Made by a program: the position numbers and the translations under genes. 64,000 nucleotides of DNA from an uncultured virus (IMG/VR IMGVR_UViG_3300025789_000002) (lineage: Duplodnaviria; Heunggongvirae; Uroviricota; Caudoviricetes), in the IMG/VR virus record IMGVR_UViG_3300025789_000002. One strand, written 5' to 3'. The notes under the pieces are model-generated. The model searched no databases. It was given only the letters and a program-made list of their open reading frames with translations, and had not been told where the DNA came from. Numbering within the stretch: the first letter of the stretch is position 1; each line of letters opens with the position of its first letter. Of this stretch, positions 53,101 through 62,413 are shown piece by piece.

Positions 53101-56100
53101 TATCCAGAATTTTCTCCAGGGTTTAAGACAAAGTTTTCCTCGTGTACTCCACCTTTAGTTATTTTTGGCAGTTCATCTGATGTCTCGTTGGAGAATATAG
53201 TAGAGTTTGTTGGGGTCGATGTGCTGCCTTTATTAGCAGAGAATATAACGTCGGCGTTAGCCATAGTATGGAATAGCACATTATCTGTGCCGAAAATCTG
53301 TCCAACTAACTGAATGAATTTAGACCACATAGATTGGTCAGAACGCATAGTTGTTTTTAATTTGCGTAATTCTTTTTGGAATTCTGGATTACTAAATGCT
53401 TCTGCTATAAACTCATGGATATTAGTAAATCCATACTGACCTTTATTAATTTTTGCCTTGGCATTCTGGTATAATATTTGGAGGTTACCGACTGCTCTGC
53501 GTTGTTTTTCATCTAATAATTCTGGATGGTCAATAGCCCAATGCGTAGCCGCATGAGAAATTTCATGTATAACAGTATGATTAGTATTCCCGCCTAAATT
53601 AGGGTTTATATTAATAGCATCTTGTATATCAAAATAAGAACCTGCTGCTCTTGTAAGAGTTTTATTAACATCGCTATACCTTTTAGCTAGGTCTGCTAAA
53701 TCCTGAGCTATAGGGTTTAGGTCTACTTTTACTAGTTTGCCTTTTTCTGCAACTGCGCCACCAGCACGTATAAAATTAAAATAATACGCCAACATTCTTA
53801 TAGCTTCTGGATTATAGGTATCGAATTTAATCTGTACTGGCTCAAAATATTTTTTGTATGCGTCTGGGTAGTTCGCCTCAATATAGAGTAAAAATCTTTC
53901 CCTCTGGCCTTTAACAGTATCTAAATAAGCTTTAACCAATTCATTTTGCTTATTAGAATATATATTAGTAGTTAACCCTAGTTCAGATAGACGTTTAGCG
54001 AACGCTGCTAGAAATTTGTTACCCTTAGTTTTGTAGAAGTTAAGCACACCCTTAAGGTTGTTATCTTTGATTGCTTGTTCTACTTCTGGATGCAAAGGTT
54101 TACGCAACGGGTCATCAGCAGATAGCTCGTTTTCTTTAGGGCTAGAGGTTACTTGGGCTTTTTGTTTTTGTTGTCTAAGTACGTGGTTATACACGCTTTC
54201 GGCAGTTATTTCGCCTTGGCGCCTATCATTGTTTGCCAGCTCTGGGTATTGTTTATTAAAAGCGTTAATAAAAGCAGCTCTTGCTTTACCAGACTTTACA
54301 TTGCGGCTTTGGTTTTCTTGCCAAATTGGGTTTTGTGCTACATATAATTGTTCGCTTCTATCATATGCACGCTCGTCAGACTTTTCTAAGCGTTCAGTTT
54401 CATGCCCTACCGCAGTATTTAAAAGGGTTTGTAAGTGTTCTGGCATTGCGGCAGCAATATCACTTAACCGACTATCTTGTGCAGGTGCATTTAATATCGT
54501 AGGTAACTCTGATTTTATTTCTGGTGGGTTTAGGTTATTTAATTCTCTATCAGATGCTATTGATTTAACTGTTTTTACTGGGTTTCCATTTTCGTCAAAA
54601 CCTTCAGGGTGTCCTTCTACATCAATTTCAATCTCGTACATATTCGTAAATTCAGAACCAGGACCTTCATCAAGCACTTTAGTTACTCGGGCTTTTTGTC
54701 CGGGGTATTGGTTTTGATTTACAATTGCGCCTGGCTTAAAGTAAGTCCACGGGCCAGTAGATGTTTGATATGTCTCTCTATCATTTTGTTCTTGATTAGC
54801 TGGAGTAGTTTGCGCCGAGGTTATTTGCTGCTCTAGGTTCTTTTTAAAATCTAAAGTGTCTACATGTTGCTGTAGCATTGCAACTTCTTCAGGGGTTTGT
54901 GCTTCTCTTGTAGTTTGTTGTGCTTCTACAGGAGCAATAGCAGTCTTAATAGCCTCAATGGTATTAGCCATCTTAGCGCCTTTTTTAACTTCAAGGCCAA
55001 GGTCTCTTGCAATACTATTAACTGTTCTAGCTGTTGGTATTAGTGTTTTGTCATCTATAGAAGCTAAGTAGTTTGTTGCCCGTGCTTTTACTTCAGGGTC
55101 TAATGCACCACGCTCTGTTTCTTCTCCTGCTGTAGTAACGCCAGCAGCTCGTTGATCTCCACCCAAGCTTCCAGTGGTAGATGTTGCAGTTCCAGTGGCG
55201 GGCTCGTTACTTCCTTCTTGCTCAGATACTTGAAGGCCAGGTTCAGCTGTTCCGGTGTCAGTTCCAATATCTGCATATTCTTCCCCTTTATTTTCTTCCG
55301 CCGCTGCAGGTTCTTCTGCCATAACTTTGAAGTGGTTATCGACAATTGTATCTAATTGGTCTTTAGTTGGCTTCTCGCCTTTAGCTTCTAAGTCCTGTTT
55401 ATATATGTCTCTAACTTCGGCACGTTGCTGCTTCTCGTCTAAGTGACCTTTAAGGGATTGAACACCTTTATTAACACTAGCTCCAGCGCCCATCATAATA
55501 CCGCCTTGGACTACTGTAGCAGCTAATGTATCTGCAGCACCTTCAAAAAACTCTTGTAACCCAGCTTCTGGGTTCATGCCATAGCCTTTATCTACTGCAA
55601 ACTGTCCAGCATAGGTAAGCTCTTCTCCAGGTACTTCTCTTGCCAGCGCTTTAGCAAAGTATCCCGCAAGCTCTTTAGTAGGTACGCCTTTAGCAGAAGC
55701 TTTCAGTGCTTTAATCTCTGCACCTAAACCAAACTTTTCACCGACAACTTCTAATGTTCCGTATAAGCCTGAGCGAATCGTACTGTCTTTTAAATCTAAA
55801 CCTTCTCGGCGGCTCTCATCATAAGTCTGACCAAACGATTGGACAAACATTCCTGTTAACGCAGTACCACCAGCAATAGCTTCAGCAGCGCCAGCCGTAG
55901 CAAGAGCAGCACCACCAATTACAGGAGCAGCGGCAGCGGCACCGATACCACCAATAATAAGAGGTACTTGTTGAATAATAGAACTTACAGCGCCTTCTAC
56001 AATTTTAGCTGCGTGACTTTCTGGACTACCTAAAGTTTTTGTAACCGCATCAAGATGGTCAAGATTCTTTTGGTTATCAGTATTATCTAAGCCAAGAATA

Positions 56101-56486
56101 TCGTTACCAAAGCGCTTCAAACCACCAAAACTTTGTTCGACACCGACAGCAGCTTGTTTTCCTGCACGTTTTAAGAGGCGGCTAGCATAATCAATATTCC
56201 CCATTTCAGAGGAAATACCATATTCTTCTTTGAGCTTTGCTTCTTCTTCTGGGTCTAATTTTGTTTCTTGTTTGGCAGCATCGTATCTACCTAGCTCATC
56301 AGGTTTTGGTGCTTTAGTATCTACAGGTACTCCCCCAAACTGCGCAGCTAAATCGTTAACAGCTGGTTTTTCTTCGACAGGTTTCCCTCCGAACTTAGCG
56401 GCTAATTCATTTACTTCAGTTTTCTTAGGCTCTTCGGCTTCTACTGGCTTACCACCGAACTTAGCAGCTAATTCATTAAGATCCAT
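50115..56486 (-). CDS. Large polyvalent/ejection protein with zincin-like domain
   Basis: 2123 aa; HEISHA...HEFIAEAFSNPEF; YFPLKRFG; N-terminal NELAAKFGGKPV x3. Confidence 0.8.
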   Translation of the reverse strand: MDLNELAAKFGGKPVEAEEPKKTEVNELAAKFGGKPVEEKPAVNDLAAQFGGVPVDTKAPKPDELGRYDAAKQETKLDPEEEAKLKEEYGISSEMGNIDYASRLLKRAGKQAAVGVEQSFGGLKRFGNDILGLDNTDNQKNLDHLDAVTKTLGSPESHAAKIVEGAVSSIIQQVPLIIGGIGAAAAAPVIGGAALATAGAAEAIAGGTALTGMFVQSFGQTYDESRREGLDLKDSTIRSGLYGTLEVVGEKFGLGAEIKALKASAKGVPTKELAGYFAKALAREVPGEELTYAGQFAVDKGYGMNPEAGLQEFFEGAADTLAATVVQGGIMMGAGASVNKGVQSLKGHLDEKQQRAEVRDIYKQDLEAKGEKPTKDQLDTIVDNHFKVMAEEPAAAEENKGEEYADIGTDTGTAEPGLQVSEQEGSNEPATGTATSTTGSLGGDQRAAGVTTAGEETERGALDPEVKARATNYLASIDDKTLIPTARTVNSIARDLGLEVKKGAKMANTIEAIKTAIAPVEAQQTTREAQTPEEVAMLQQHVDTLDFKKNLEQQITSAQTTPANQEQNDRETYQTSTGPWTYFKPGAIVNQNQYPGQKARVTKVLDEGPGSEFTNMYEIEIDVEGHPEGFDENGNPVKTVKSIASDRELNNLNPPEIKSELPTILNAPAQDSRLSDIAAAMPEHLQTLLNTAVGHETERLEKSDERAYDRSEQLYVAQNPIWQENQSRNVKSGKARAAFINAFNKQYPELANNDRRQGEITAESVYNHVLRQQKQKAQVTSSPKENELSADDPLRKPLHPEVEQAIKDNNLKGVLNFYKTKGNKFLAAFAKRLSELGLTTNIYSNKQNELVKAYLDTVKGQRERFLLYIEANYPDAYKKYFEPVQIKFDTYNPEAIRMLAYYFNFIRAGGAVAEKGKLVKVDLNPIAQDLADLAKRYSDVNKTLTRAAGSYFDIQDAININPNLGGNTNHTVIHEISHAATHWAIDHPELLDEKQRRAVGNLQILYQNAKAKINKGQYGFTNIHEFIAEAFSNPEFQKELRKLKTTMRSDQSMWSKFIQLVGQIFGTDNVLFHTMANADVIFSANKGSTSTPTNSTIFSNETSDELPKITKGGVHEENFVLNPGENSGYWSRLIKGRLNWKDVNKANVKSFFTNVNDHYRQYLLGALTLDQLTDLAGEELPQFKLYVHEIDAMIATRNRIMAEGDKPIRAWAELLKSNPEKSQQLAHMMLQATINKIDPDPTSRGYNAKDLPNFPKTQEAWNKLVSGKDGAIAMKIYRDVRAFYERRMDEYLEIQEKRLVEREQAKNTDPKEIKRLALEQRKAIQEGIISPYFPLKRFGEYWLQFGKGKDKIFMQFESAAARNAGIEQVKADKRKQGYKDEDINTLLRTGEGFTELAKSSLSDIAQLNRLKERIDMATEDVAADPTAVGNELNSLREAMKDSMDQYVLEIAPNQSIRKMFLHRDNIQGASEDMLRAFAESRYRIAYQRARFEHMPQLFNAVEAARIRLRDMPYGKEAALNRALVRELELNLKTAVLEPPKQSAIVRGITQFGFLHFLTSPASAVVNMMAIPGIYIPFARAKYGTKPVLAALAKYNKLLGGTGFVNDKTGKYEFLSLARSKMSEMPLLDKNGKKILIDKVDETTGQTNKVAMTYADAYEKGVLLGAIDTTLSHESAHVGDTPSADYTGRFQKFMYYASLPFHAAEKYNRETTYMATFELAYAKHIQTLSPAKAFEKATQDARDLVQKTMFNYNTANKPRYFRGNLVSIVSQFKMYPQQMTVLMARTFYNSLGGGMKTELEAYAKQVEKDPRKAELMKAKEAELKDIKKEAIESFWGMMGMTMITAGLSGMPFYFLFSAIASAFHAAFGDSDEPFDADNWFKNWCNRHFGGFVGDSISRGVLSQATGANFADRMSINMSDMWFPSVKKSQDEVQYLQNVMTNLMGPVAGAALGYAEALKRLNDGHYERAAEAMLPAGIKNIFVGTRYLVEGKALTMKGDTLDDNVPARDALKQMLGFSPEDTAQKQKAAMEMKSQDMEITQRKTDLENAFFMAFDSGDSDMQQRVMQKIIKFDTANPEYMIDAKGLQASIKRRYMQRALANMTGGVNINKKAIGKLAPMLGYSEE

Positions 56487-56489
56487 TAA

Positions 56490-59399
56490 TTACCCGTTTT
56501 GTTTTTGTTTCGCAGCCTTATAAGCATCTAAGCTCTTTTGGTCAGGGAATACGTGTCCATCCATTATAAGTGAAGATTGACCTATAGGTGGTGGGGCATT
56601 TCCGGCAACAACTTGTTTTTGATATCTATCACGAATAGGTGCAGCAATCTCTTCAATTTGTTGTTGTAATGCCTTACGTTTTTCTGGGTCTTTTTCAGTT
56701 TGTAATTGCAGCTGCAACATACCCGTAGCTTTATCAACAGCAGCATCAGCCGCCTTATTAGAAGATATATCTGAAGCTTCCATACGTGGTGCATTTTTAA
56801 CTGCGGCGTATGCTTCCCAATCAGTTGCTCCTGGATGTGTTTTCTTATACATTTCCATAGCTTGTATCTCAAGGTTTGTGGCTTTGCCTGAAGAAGCAGC
56901 ATTAATACCAGCAACTTTTTCAGCGCTAGCAGCACGCATTTGCTCAATATCTCTATCTTTCTTAAGCTTCTCAGCTTCTTCATAAGACTTAGTAGCACCT
57001 TGCCAATCACCTTCAGCAGCTTTGCGATTAGATTCCTCAAGGGCAGCTTGGCTTTGGGCATTAGCAAGTTTAGCTTTATCAGCAGAATCTACGGCTTGAG
57101 CATACCCAGTAGCACCAACACCAACAGCATGCGCAGCAGGTTTAAGTAATCCAGCAAGGCCTGTACCTGTAGCAGGAGTTTGTGCAAAATCTAAGAAGCC
57201 TTGCGCAATAGCCAAACGTTTTTGGAAATCAGACTTGTCCGGTTCTGCAGCTTGTTGTGCTTCTAATGCAGACATTGCTGATTTAGACTTAGCGCCAACA
57301 CCTGGCTCAATGCCACGAGATTTAAAGTAGTTTTCTTGCTCAGCTAAATATGCTTCTTTAGAGCCAGGGGCTGGAGCATTAGGGTCTTGTACCTCATCAC
57401 CTGCAGCGAAAGCTAAAATACCGCCGCCAGCCATACGAACTGGAGAACTCATACCTTGGAACGCACCGCCACCACCTTGAGCAATACCTGATAGGCGTGC
57501 ATCCATCGGCATTTGCTGTGGATTCTGTGGTGGGGGAGGTGGCATACCAGCTTGAGCAATAGCTTGTCCTGCACCAGGAATTTGACGTAGTCGGTTTTGG
57601 TCAGCTTGAACACCTTGGAATAGCTGGCGTTCGTCTGGGTTTACTGAAGGGTCAGTGATGCGCTTTTGTAACTGTTGTGAGCTTAGACCTTGAGCGTCAT
57701 TTTGTAATTGAGCTTGATTAATTAAAGTACCATATTTAAAACCCGGAACTTCTCCACCAGCTTTCATGCCAATAACGCCGCCTTCTTTCTTAGTAGCGCC
57801 GGCCAATGCAGCGCCAGCACCGAGTAAACCAATACCAGATTGAACTGCAGTAGGTTGTGCTTGATATGATGCTGTGCTTGATTGCTGCATTGGTAAACCA
57901 CGTAACATAGCATTGAGCTGACCCAATTGCATAAATGGATACTGTTGTGCAGTAGCATAGTTTTGAACAGCTTGATTGATAACGTTTTGCTGTTGAGTCT
58001 GCTGCTGCGCACCCTGTGTAGATTGCGTATTAATAATACCTTGTTGGGCTGCAAGATCCTGAGCACCGATATTAGCAAGATTAGATGCCTGTGCACCCGC
58101 TTGAGCATATCCAGCTTGTTGTGCGCCGACGCCAGATAGACCAGCTTGAGCGCCTTGAATACCTAGGCTACCCGCTTGTTGTGCGCCTTGAAGTCCTTGT
58201 GCTGTACCTTGCATACCTAATTGGCCTTGCGCTTGCGCACCAGCTAAACCAGCATTTGCACCAGAGATACCAAGTTGACCGGCCTGTGCTGCACCAGAAA
58301 GACCCATGCCATAGCCTTGCATAGATTGCGCACCAGCTTGTTGAGCACCTTGTAATCCTTGAGCAGTACCAGCTAAACCTAATTGGCCTGCTTGGTTAGC
58401 ACCAGCTAGTCCTTGTGAAATTCCTTGTTGGGCTTGAGCGTTACCACTTAGAGCCGCTTGATTAGCAGCATTCATTTGATTCTGAGCATTAGTAAAGGCT
58501 GTGTTATATCCTTGACCAATAATTTGATTTTGGGCCAGCATTTGATTTTGCTGATTTAAGCCTTGCATTAAAGCATTACGTGAGCCACCAAAAGCCCCTT
58601 GTTGAGTAGCTTGGCCTTGCTGCGCTGCACCTTGCATACCATATTGTTGCGCAGCTAATTGTAATTGCGGAGCTAAAGATTGCTGAATATACGGGTTCAT
58701 GTAAGCGCCAATAGCGCTTGGGTTTGTTGATTGTTGGCCTAAACTTGCACCAATTTGAGCGCCTTGTTGTCCTTGTCCAACACCCATACCACCAAGCATA
58801 TTAGACATTCCAGCAGCCTGCTGCCCTGTTTGCGCACCCATACCACCATACATACTTGATTGGCCTGCGGCCTGTTGGCCAGCCATAGAACCTAGACCGC
58901 CATATACATTAGATAATCCTGCAGCTTGTTGTCCTGTAGCCGCACCCATACCACCATACATACCAGCTTGTTGCCCAGCTTGTTGGCCAGTAGCAGCACC
59001 AAGATTACCATAAGCGCTAGACATACCAGCAGCTTGTTGACCAGCCATATTACCCATTGCGCCATAGCCTGCAGCCTGGCCTGTTGTACCCAATGCACCT
59101 AAAGCAGAAGTACCAGCTATGTTAGAAGCCGCACCATATTGACCTGGAACCTGTAAGTTAGCCGCTGAAGATTGCGCTTGTTGCTGTAGTGGAGAAAAGC
59201 TAGCTACATAATCTTGTGGGTTAGTACTATATGGGTTGTAGGCGTTAAACCCAGTCATATCAGGGTTAAATACTTGGGTTTGCGCAGCCTGCAACATATT
59301 CATTACATACGGCTGTGCGTAGTCAGGAATATTAGTATTCGTTACCGTTGTATTTGTCGGTGCTGCTGATGCTGATGGAGCTGATGATCCGCCACTCAT
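56490..59399 (-). CDS. Internal virion/ejection protein
   Basis: IP.YA.PY, YMNPY.Q, GAFGGSR motifs; G/Q/A repeats. Confidence 0.75.
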   Translation of the reverse strand: MSGGSSAPSASAAPTNTTVTNTNIPDYAQPYVMNMLQAAQTQVFNPDMTGFNAYNPYSTNPQDYVASFSPLQQQAQSSAANLQVPGQYGAASNIAGTSALGALGTTGQAAGYGAMGNMAGQQAAGMSSAYGNLGAATGQQAGQQAGMYGGMGAATGQQAAGLSNVYGGLGSMAGQQAAGQSSMYGGMGAQTGQQAAGMSNMLGGMGVGQGQQGAQIGASLGQQSTNPSAIGAYMNPYIQQSLAPQLQLAAQQYGMQGAAQQGQATQQGAFGGSRNALMQGLNQQNQMLAQNQIIGQGYNTAFTNAQNQMNAANQAALSGNAQAQQGISQGLAGANQAGQLGLAGTAQGLQGAQQAGAQSMQGYGMGLSGAAQAGQLGISGANAGLAGAQAQGQLGMQGTAQGLQGAQQAGSLGIQGAQAGLSGVGAQQAGYAQAGAQASNLANIGAQDLAAQQGIINTQSTQGAQQQTQQQNVINQAVQNYATAQQYPFMQLGQLNAMLRGLPMQQSSTASYQAQPTAVQSGIGLLGAGAALAGATKKEGGVIGMKAGGEVPGFKYGTLINQAQLQNDAQGLSSQQLQKRITDPSVNPDERQLFQGVQADQNRLRQIPGAGQAIAQAGMPPPPPQNPQQMPMDARLSGIAQGGGGAFQGMSSPVRMAGGGILAFAAGDEVQDPNAPAPGSKEAYLAEQENYFKSRGIEPGVGAKSKSAMSALEAQQAAEPDKSDFQKRLAIAQGFLDFAQTPATGTGLAGLLKPAAHAVGVGATGYAQAVDSADKAKLANAQSQAALEESNRKAAEGDWQGATKSYEEAEKLKKDRDIEQMRAASAEKVAGINAASSGKATNLEIQAMEMYKKTHPGATDWEAYAAVKNAPRMEASDISSNKAADAAVDKATGMLQLQLQTEKDPEKRKALQQQIEEIAAPIRDRYQKQVVAGNAPPPIGQSSLIMDGHVFPDQKSLDAYKAAKQKQNG

Positions 59400-59400
59400 A

Positions 59401-59859
59401 TTAATTTCCTAACATTTTTGTAAATACTTTATCTGTTATTTTGTAACCTAAATATTCAAACAATCTTGAATTGTCTAAATGAATCTTCGTGTTCACTACT
59501 ATTCTTTGTACACCACGACGTTTTAAAGCATCTTCTGCGTACTGAAATAATCTAATACCAATCCTACCCTTGCGATATTCTTTTCTAACGAAGTAAATAT
59601 CTTCTGTTGCTGTTACACAAGATTTATAATGCAAATGCGGGGACACAAAAAATATAATGTATCCAATTAACTCACCATCTGCTCTACAAGTAATACACCG
59701 CAACATACCTGCCTGTGCTACACGCCTATACCCTTCATAATCTGGCTCTAGCGGAAATTCTTTAGTAACACTTAATTCTTCATAGTGGAGAGGTAAGAGT
59801 CGTTCAAATTCAGGTAAAAATCCAAAAGCATCTACATCTTCATAAACAATAGTGGTCAT
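59401..59859 (-). CDS. GNAT-fold protein within the ejection module
   Basis: FVRKEYRKGRIG..L...E...K.RGV. Confidence 0.75.
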   Translation of the reverse strand: MTTIVYEDVDAFGFLPEFERLLPLHYEELSVTKEFPLEPDYEGYRRVAQAGMLRCITCRADGELIGYIIFFVSPHLHYKSCVTATEDIYFVRKEYRKGRIGIRLFQYAEDALKRRGVQRIVVNTKIHLDNSRLFEYLGYKITDKVFTKMLGN

Positions 59860-62084
59860 TTTGGCATGTATTTATTTACGTTAACTTGCGGGGCTTGCTT
59901 CTTTCGCCCTGTCCGTGCTTTCCTTATTTTATCCATCATTGCGTATAAGTGCTTAGCTCCTGCTTCAGTAGAGCCATTGCCCAAATGAGACACAACATCA
60001 GCAGGCACCACAAACTCGCCATCTGCCAAGCGTGCAGGTTGTTTAGCACCAATTTGAGCCGGGATAGAATCGGACATGCCATCTCCAGGGCCTTTCAATA
60101 AGTGACCACCGTCAGAATAAGAACCTAAACTTGGTATATCTCCGCCATGCGCATAATGTAATTCGTTTGGCATTAGCCCACCTCCAGCGCCACCAGGTCC
60201 TGCATCCCCATAGTAACCATTTTGCTGTTGTTGCTGTGCCGCTGCCGCTTGGGCCTGCGCTGCTTGTTGCGCTTGCATTTGTTGGTAAGCAGGGGAGCCT
60301 ACCATAGTTGTTGGGTCTATTGCACGGCCTGTAGAAGTTGGTGCTGTTGCTCGTGTTGGCGCTACGATACCTTGTTGTGGGTAAGCTCTCGTTGCTGCTT
60401 GTAGTTGTGCAGGAGCCATTGTTGGCTGAGGCTGAAATGGTGTTTGTTTGTAATTAGCATATTGTGGGTGATATATTGCAGCACCGCCACCGGCCATACC
60501 AATAACTCCGCCTTCTGCTGCTTCTGTTTCTGGTAATTGAGCCGCAGCTTGTTGTGCTTGGGCTTGTTGTGCTTGGGCTTGTTGCTTTGCAGCAGCTAAT
60601 TGTGCCATATAGGAATCAGAAGACATACCTGAGCTTAGAGTTCTTGCTGAAGGCAAAGCTGATTTTATACCAGCAGTAGGCATCTTAGCAGCGGCTTGAA
60701 TTTTTGCTTGGCGAGCAATAGTAGCTGAAAATGCGTCTAAATTTCTTGTATCAGGGTCTGTATCTTGGTAGGTTGTTGCATCAGCTGGGTTAGCTGCAGG
60801 AGCTGTTCCGTGCTTAATATAGCTTTGTGGGTCATATGGATTATTACTGCCCATATAGCTTTGTGGGTCGTATTTATTAACCAAATCACCGGATTTAAAA
60901 GCAATAGCTCCGCCGCCAGCAAATCCTTGAGGCATCATTTCACCAGTCATAGGATTAGTTTTAGTATCGTAGTCAGCCGCAACAGCTTGGGCACCAGTAT
61001 TCATTTGAGTCGGTGTTGCATACTGTGGGCTAGTAATCTGACTTTGTGGGAACATTCCTGTAGAACCACCAACTGCCATACCCTCTAATGGGCTACTGCT
61101 ATCTGTTATACCACCAGCTGCCATGTTTGTTGTCGGCGCATATGGGTTATATGGGTTTTGCACATAGTTAGGGTACTGTGCTTGGTAATGTGGATTAGGT
61201 TGTGTTGGAAATGAGCCTTGGAAATTAGACGAAATTCTTTGCAATGGTTGACCATACCCACTTGTACTATTTGACGTTGCAGGACCACCTTGCAATGTAG
61301 GAGTTCTAGTTAAAGCACTACCAACTAAAGGTGCAGCTACTGCAGCTACTTGGCCTAAATGACTACCCATATAATCCATCACGTTGCCAGACCCTAAACC
61401 AGCATACGCTGTAGATAATGGGCTTGCTGCCGCTTGCGCATTAGCACTTAGCATACCGGTAGCTTGCGCTGTACCTGCTGGGTTAAATGCTGCATTTGCG
61501 TTTAAAGCTGCTGTTTGTTCTGCTGTTAAACCTGCGGTGTTAGCTACTTGATTTTGTGCTATGCTGGTTGCTAGACTAGGGTTTTCCCCAGCTAACATTT
61601 CTGAGGGTGTAAAACCACTAGTAGCTGGGTTATATCCAGAAATACCTTCACCTAAAGTTTTAGCAGCTTCTGCATTATAAGCAGCGTTCCCAGCATCGCC
61701 CCCGCTTTGTACTAAAGCATCGGCACCTAACCCTTCAATCCCACTAGCCAGACTACCACCACCCCATGCGCCAAGACCAGCCATAAGGCCTTGGGTTAAA
61801 GAGCCAGTCATAGCGTAGTCGGCAAGACCAATACCACCTGCAACAAGCGGAAGCATCTCTGGACCTAAAAAAGCAGAAGCTGCAACACCGGCAACCATAG
61901 GTAAAACACTGCTTAAAAAGCCTGCTTCTGGTAAACCCGTAGTTGGGTTAATTGTTAAGTCACCACCGTGGGCTTGAGCAAGCTGACGTAAACCCTTAAT
62001 CTCACCTTTTGTCATGTGGATTAATTCAGTATCAGGGCCTCGGCCTTGTGCTTTTAGGTGCTCTGCTGCTATTTTTAGGCTCAT
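59856..62084 (-). CDS. Internal virion protein
   Basis: GRGPDT.L.HM...TINP.TGLPEA; GPGDGMSDSIPA...LADGEFVVPADVV. Confidence 0.75.
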   Translation of the reverse strand: MSLKIAAEHLKAQGRGPDTELIHMTKGEIKGLRQLAQAHGGDLTINPTTGLPEAGFLSSVLPMVAGVAASAFLGPEMLPLVAGGIGLADYAMTGSLTQGLMAGLGAWGGGSLASGIEGLGADALVQSGGDAGNAAYNAEAAKTLGEGISGYNPATSGFTPSEMLAGENPSLATSIAQNQVANTAGLTAEQTAALNANAAFNPAGTAQATGMLSANAQAAASPLSTAYAGLGSGNVMDYMGSHLGQVAAVAAPLVGSALTRTPTLQGGPATSNSTSGYGQPLQRISSNFQGSFPTQPNPHYQAQYPNYVQNPYNPYAPTTNMAAGGITDSSSPLEGMAVGGSTGMFPQSQITSPQYATPTQMNTGAQAVAADYDTKTNPMTGEMMPQGFAGGGAIAFKSGDLVNKYDPQSYMGSNNPYDPQSYIKHGTAPAANPADATTYQDTDPDTRNLDAFSATIARQAKIQAAAKMPTAGIKSALPSARTLSSGMSSDSYMAQLAAAKQQAQAQQAQAQQAAAQLPETEAAEGGVIGMAGGGAAIYHPQYANYKQTPFQPQPTMAPAQLQAATRAYPQQGIVAPTRATAPTSTGRAIDPTTMVGSPAYQQMQAQQAAQAQAAAAQQQQQNGYYGDAGPGGAGGGLMPNELHYAHGGDIPSLGSYSDGGHLLKGPGDGMSDSIPAQIGAKQPARLADGEFVVPADVVSHLGNGSTEAGAKHLYAMMDKIRKARTGRKKQAPQVNVNKYMPK

Positions 62085-62122
62085 ATACGCCCCTTGGTAT
62101 AGTGTTGGGTTGATTTTATCAT

Positions 62123-62413
62123 TTAGACTACAGTTCCACTAGCATTTACCCAAGCTTTACCGTTCCACCAAATGGGATACCCAAGGGTAGTATCAAAAAA
62201 CTGCCATCCAACTTGTAGGTTAAGTGTCGGTCTTTGAGTCTTAGGGCCATTGTCAGGGGTTAAAACAGACTGGGTAAAATTATCTATTTGTGTGAAGTAA
62301 AGGCGAAATGAGTTGTTAAGCTGGTCTTGGTATTGCTGTGTATAGTCTACCGGTGCAATAGGTAAATTAGGTGCCTTTGAAGGGCGTAGGACTATTGTTT
62401 TTGGTGTAGCCAT
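62123..62413 (-). CDS. Small tail-associated protein
   Basis: PNLP.AP..Y...RLYF; RP...G.QFFDTTLG.PIWW. Confidence 0.6.
   Translation of the reverse strand: MATPKTIVLRPSKAPNLPIAPVDYTQQYQDQLNNSFRLYFTQIDNFTQSVLTPDNGPKTQRPTLNLQVGWQFFDTTLGYPIWWNGKAWVNASGTVV

Noticed and set aside
54058..54717. 219-aa plus-strand ORF
   Set aside because: Antisense shadow of the 2123-aa gene with Ser/Leu/Phe-rich composition; the same applies to the other short antisense ORFs inside large genes
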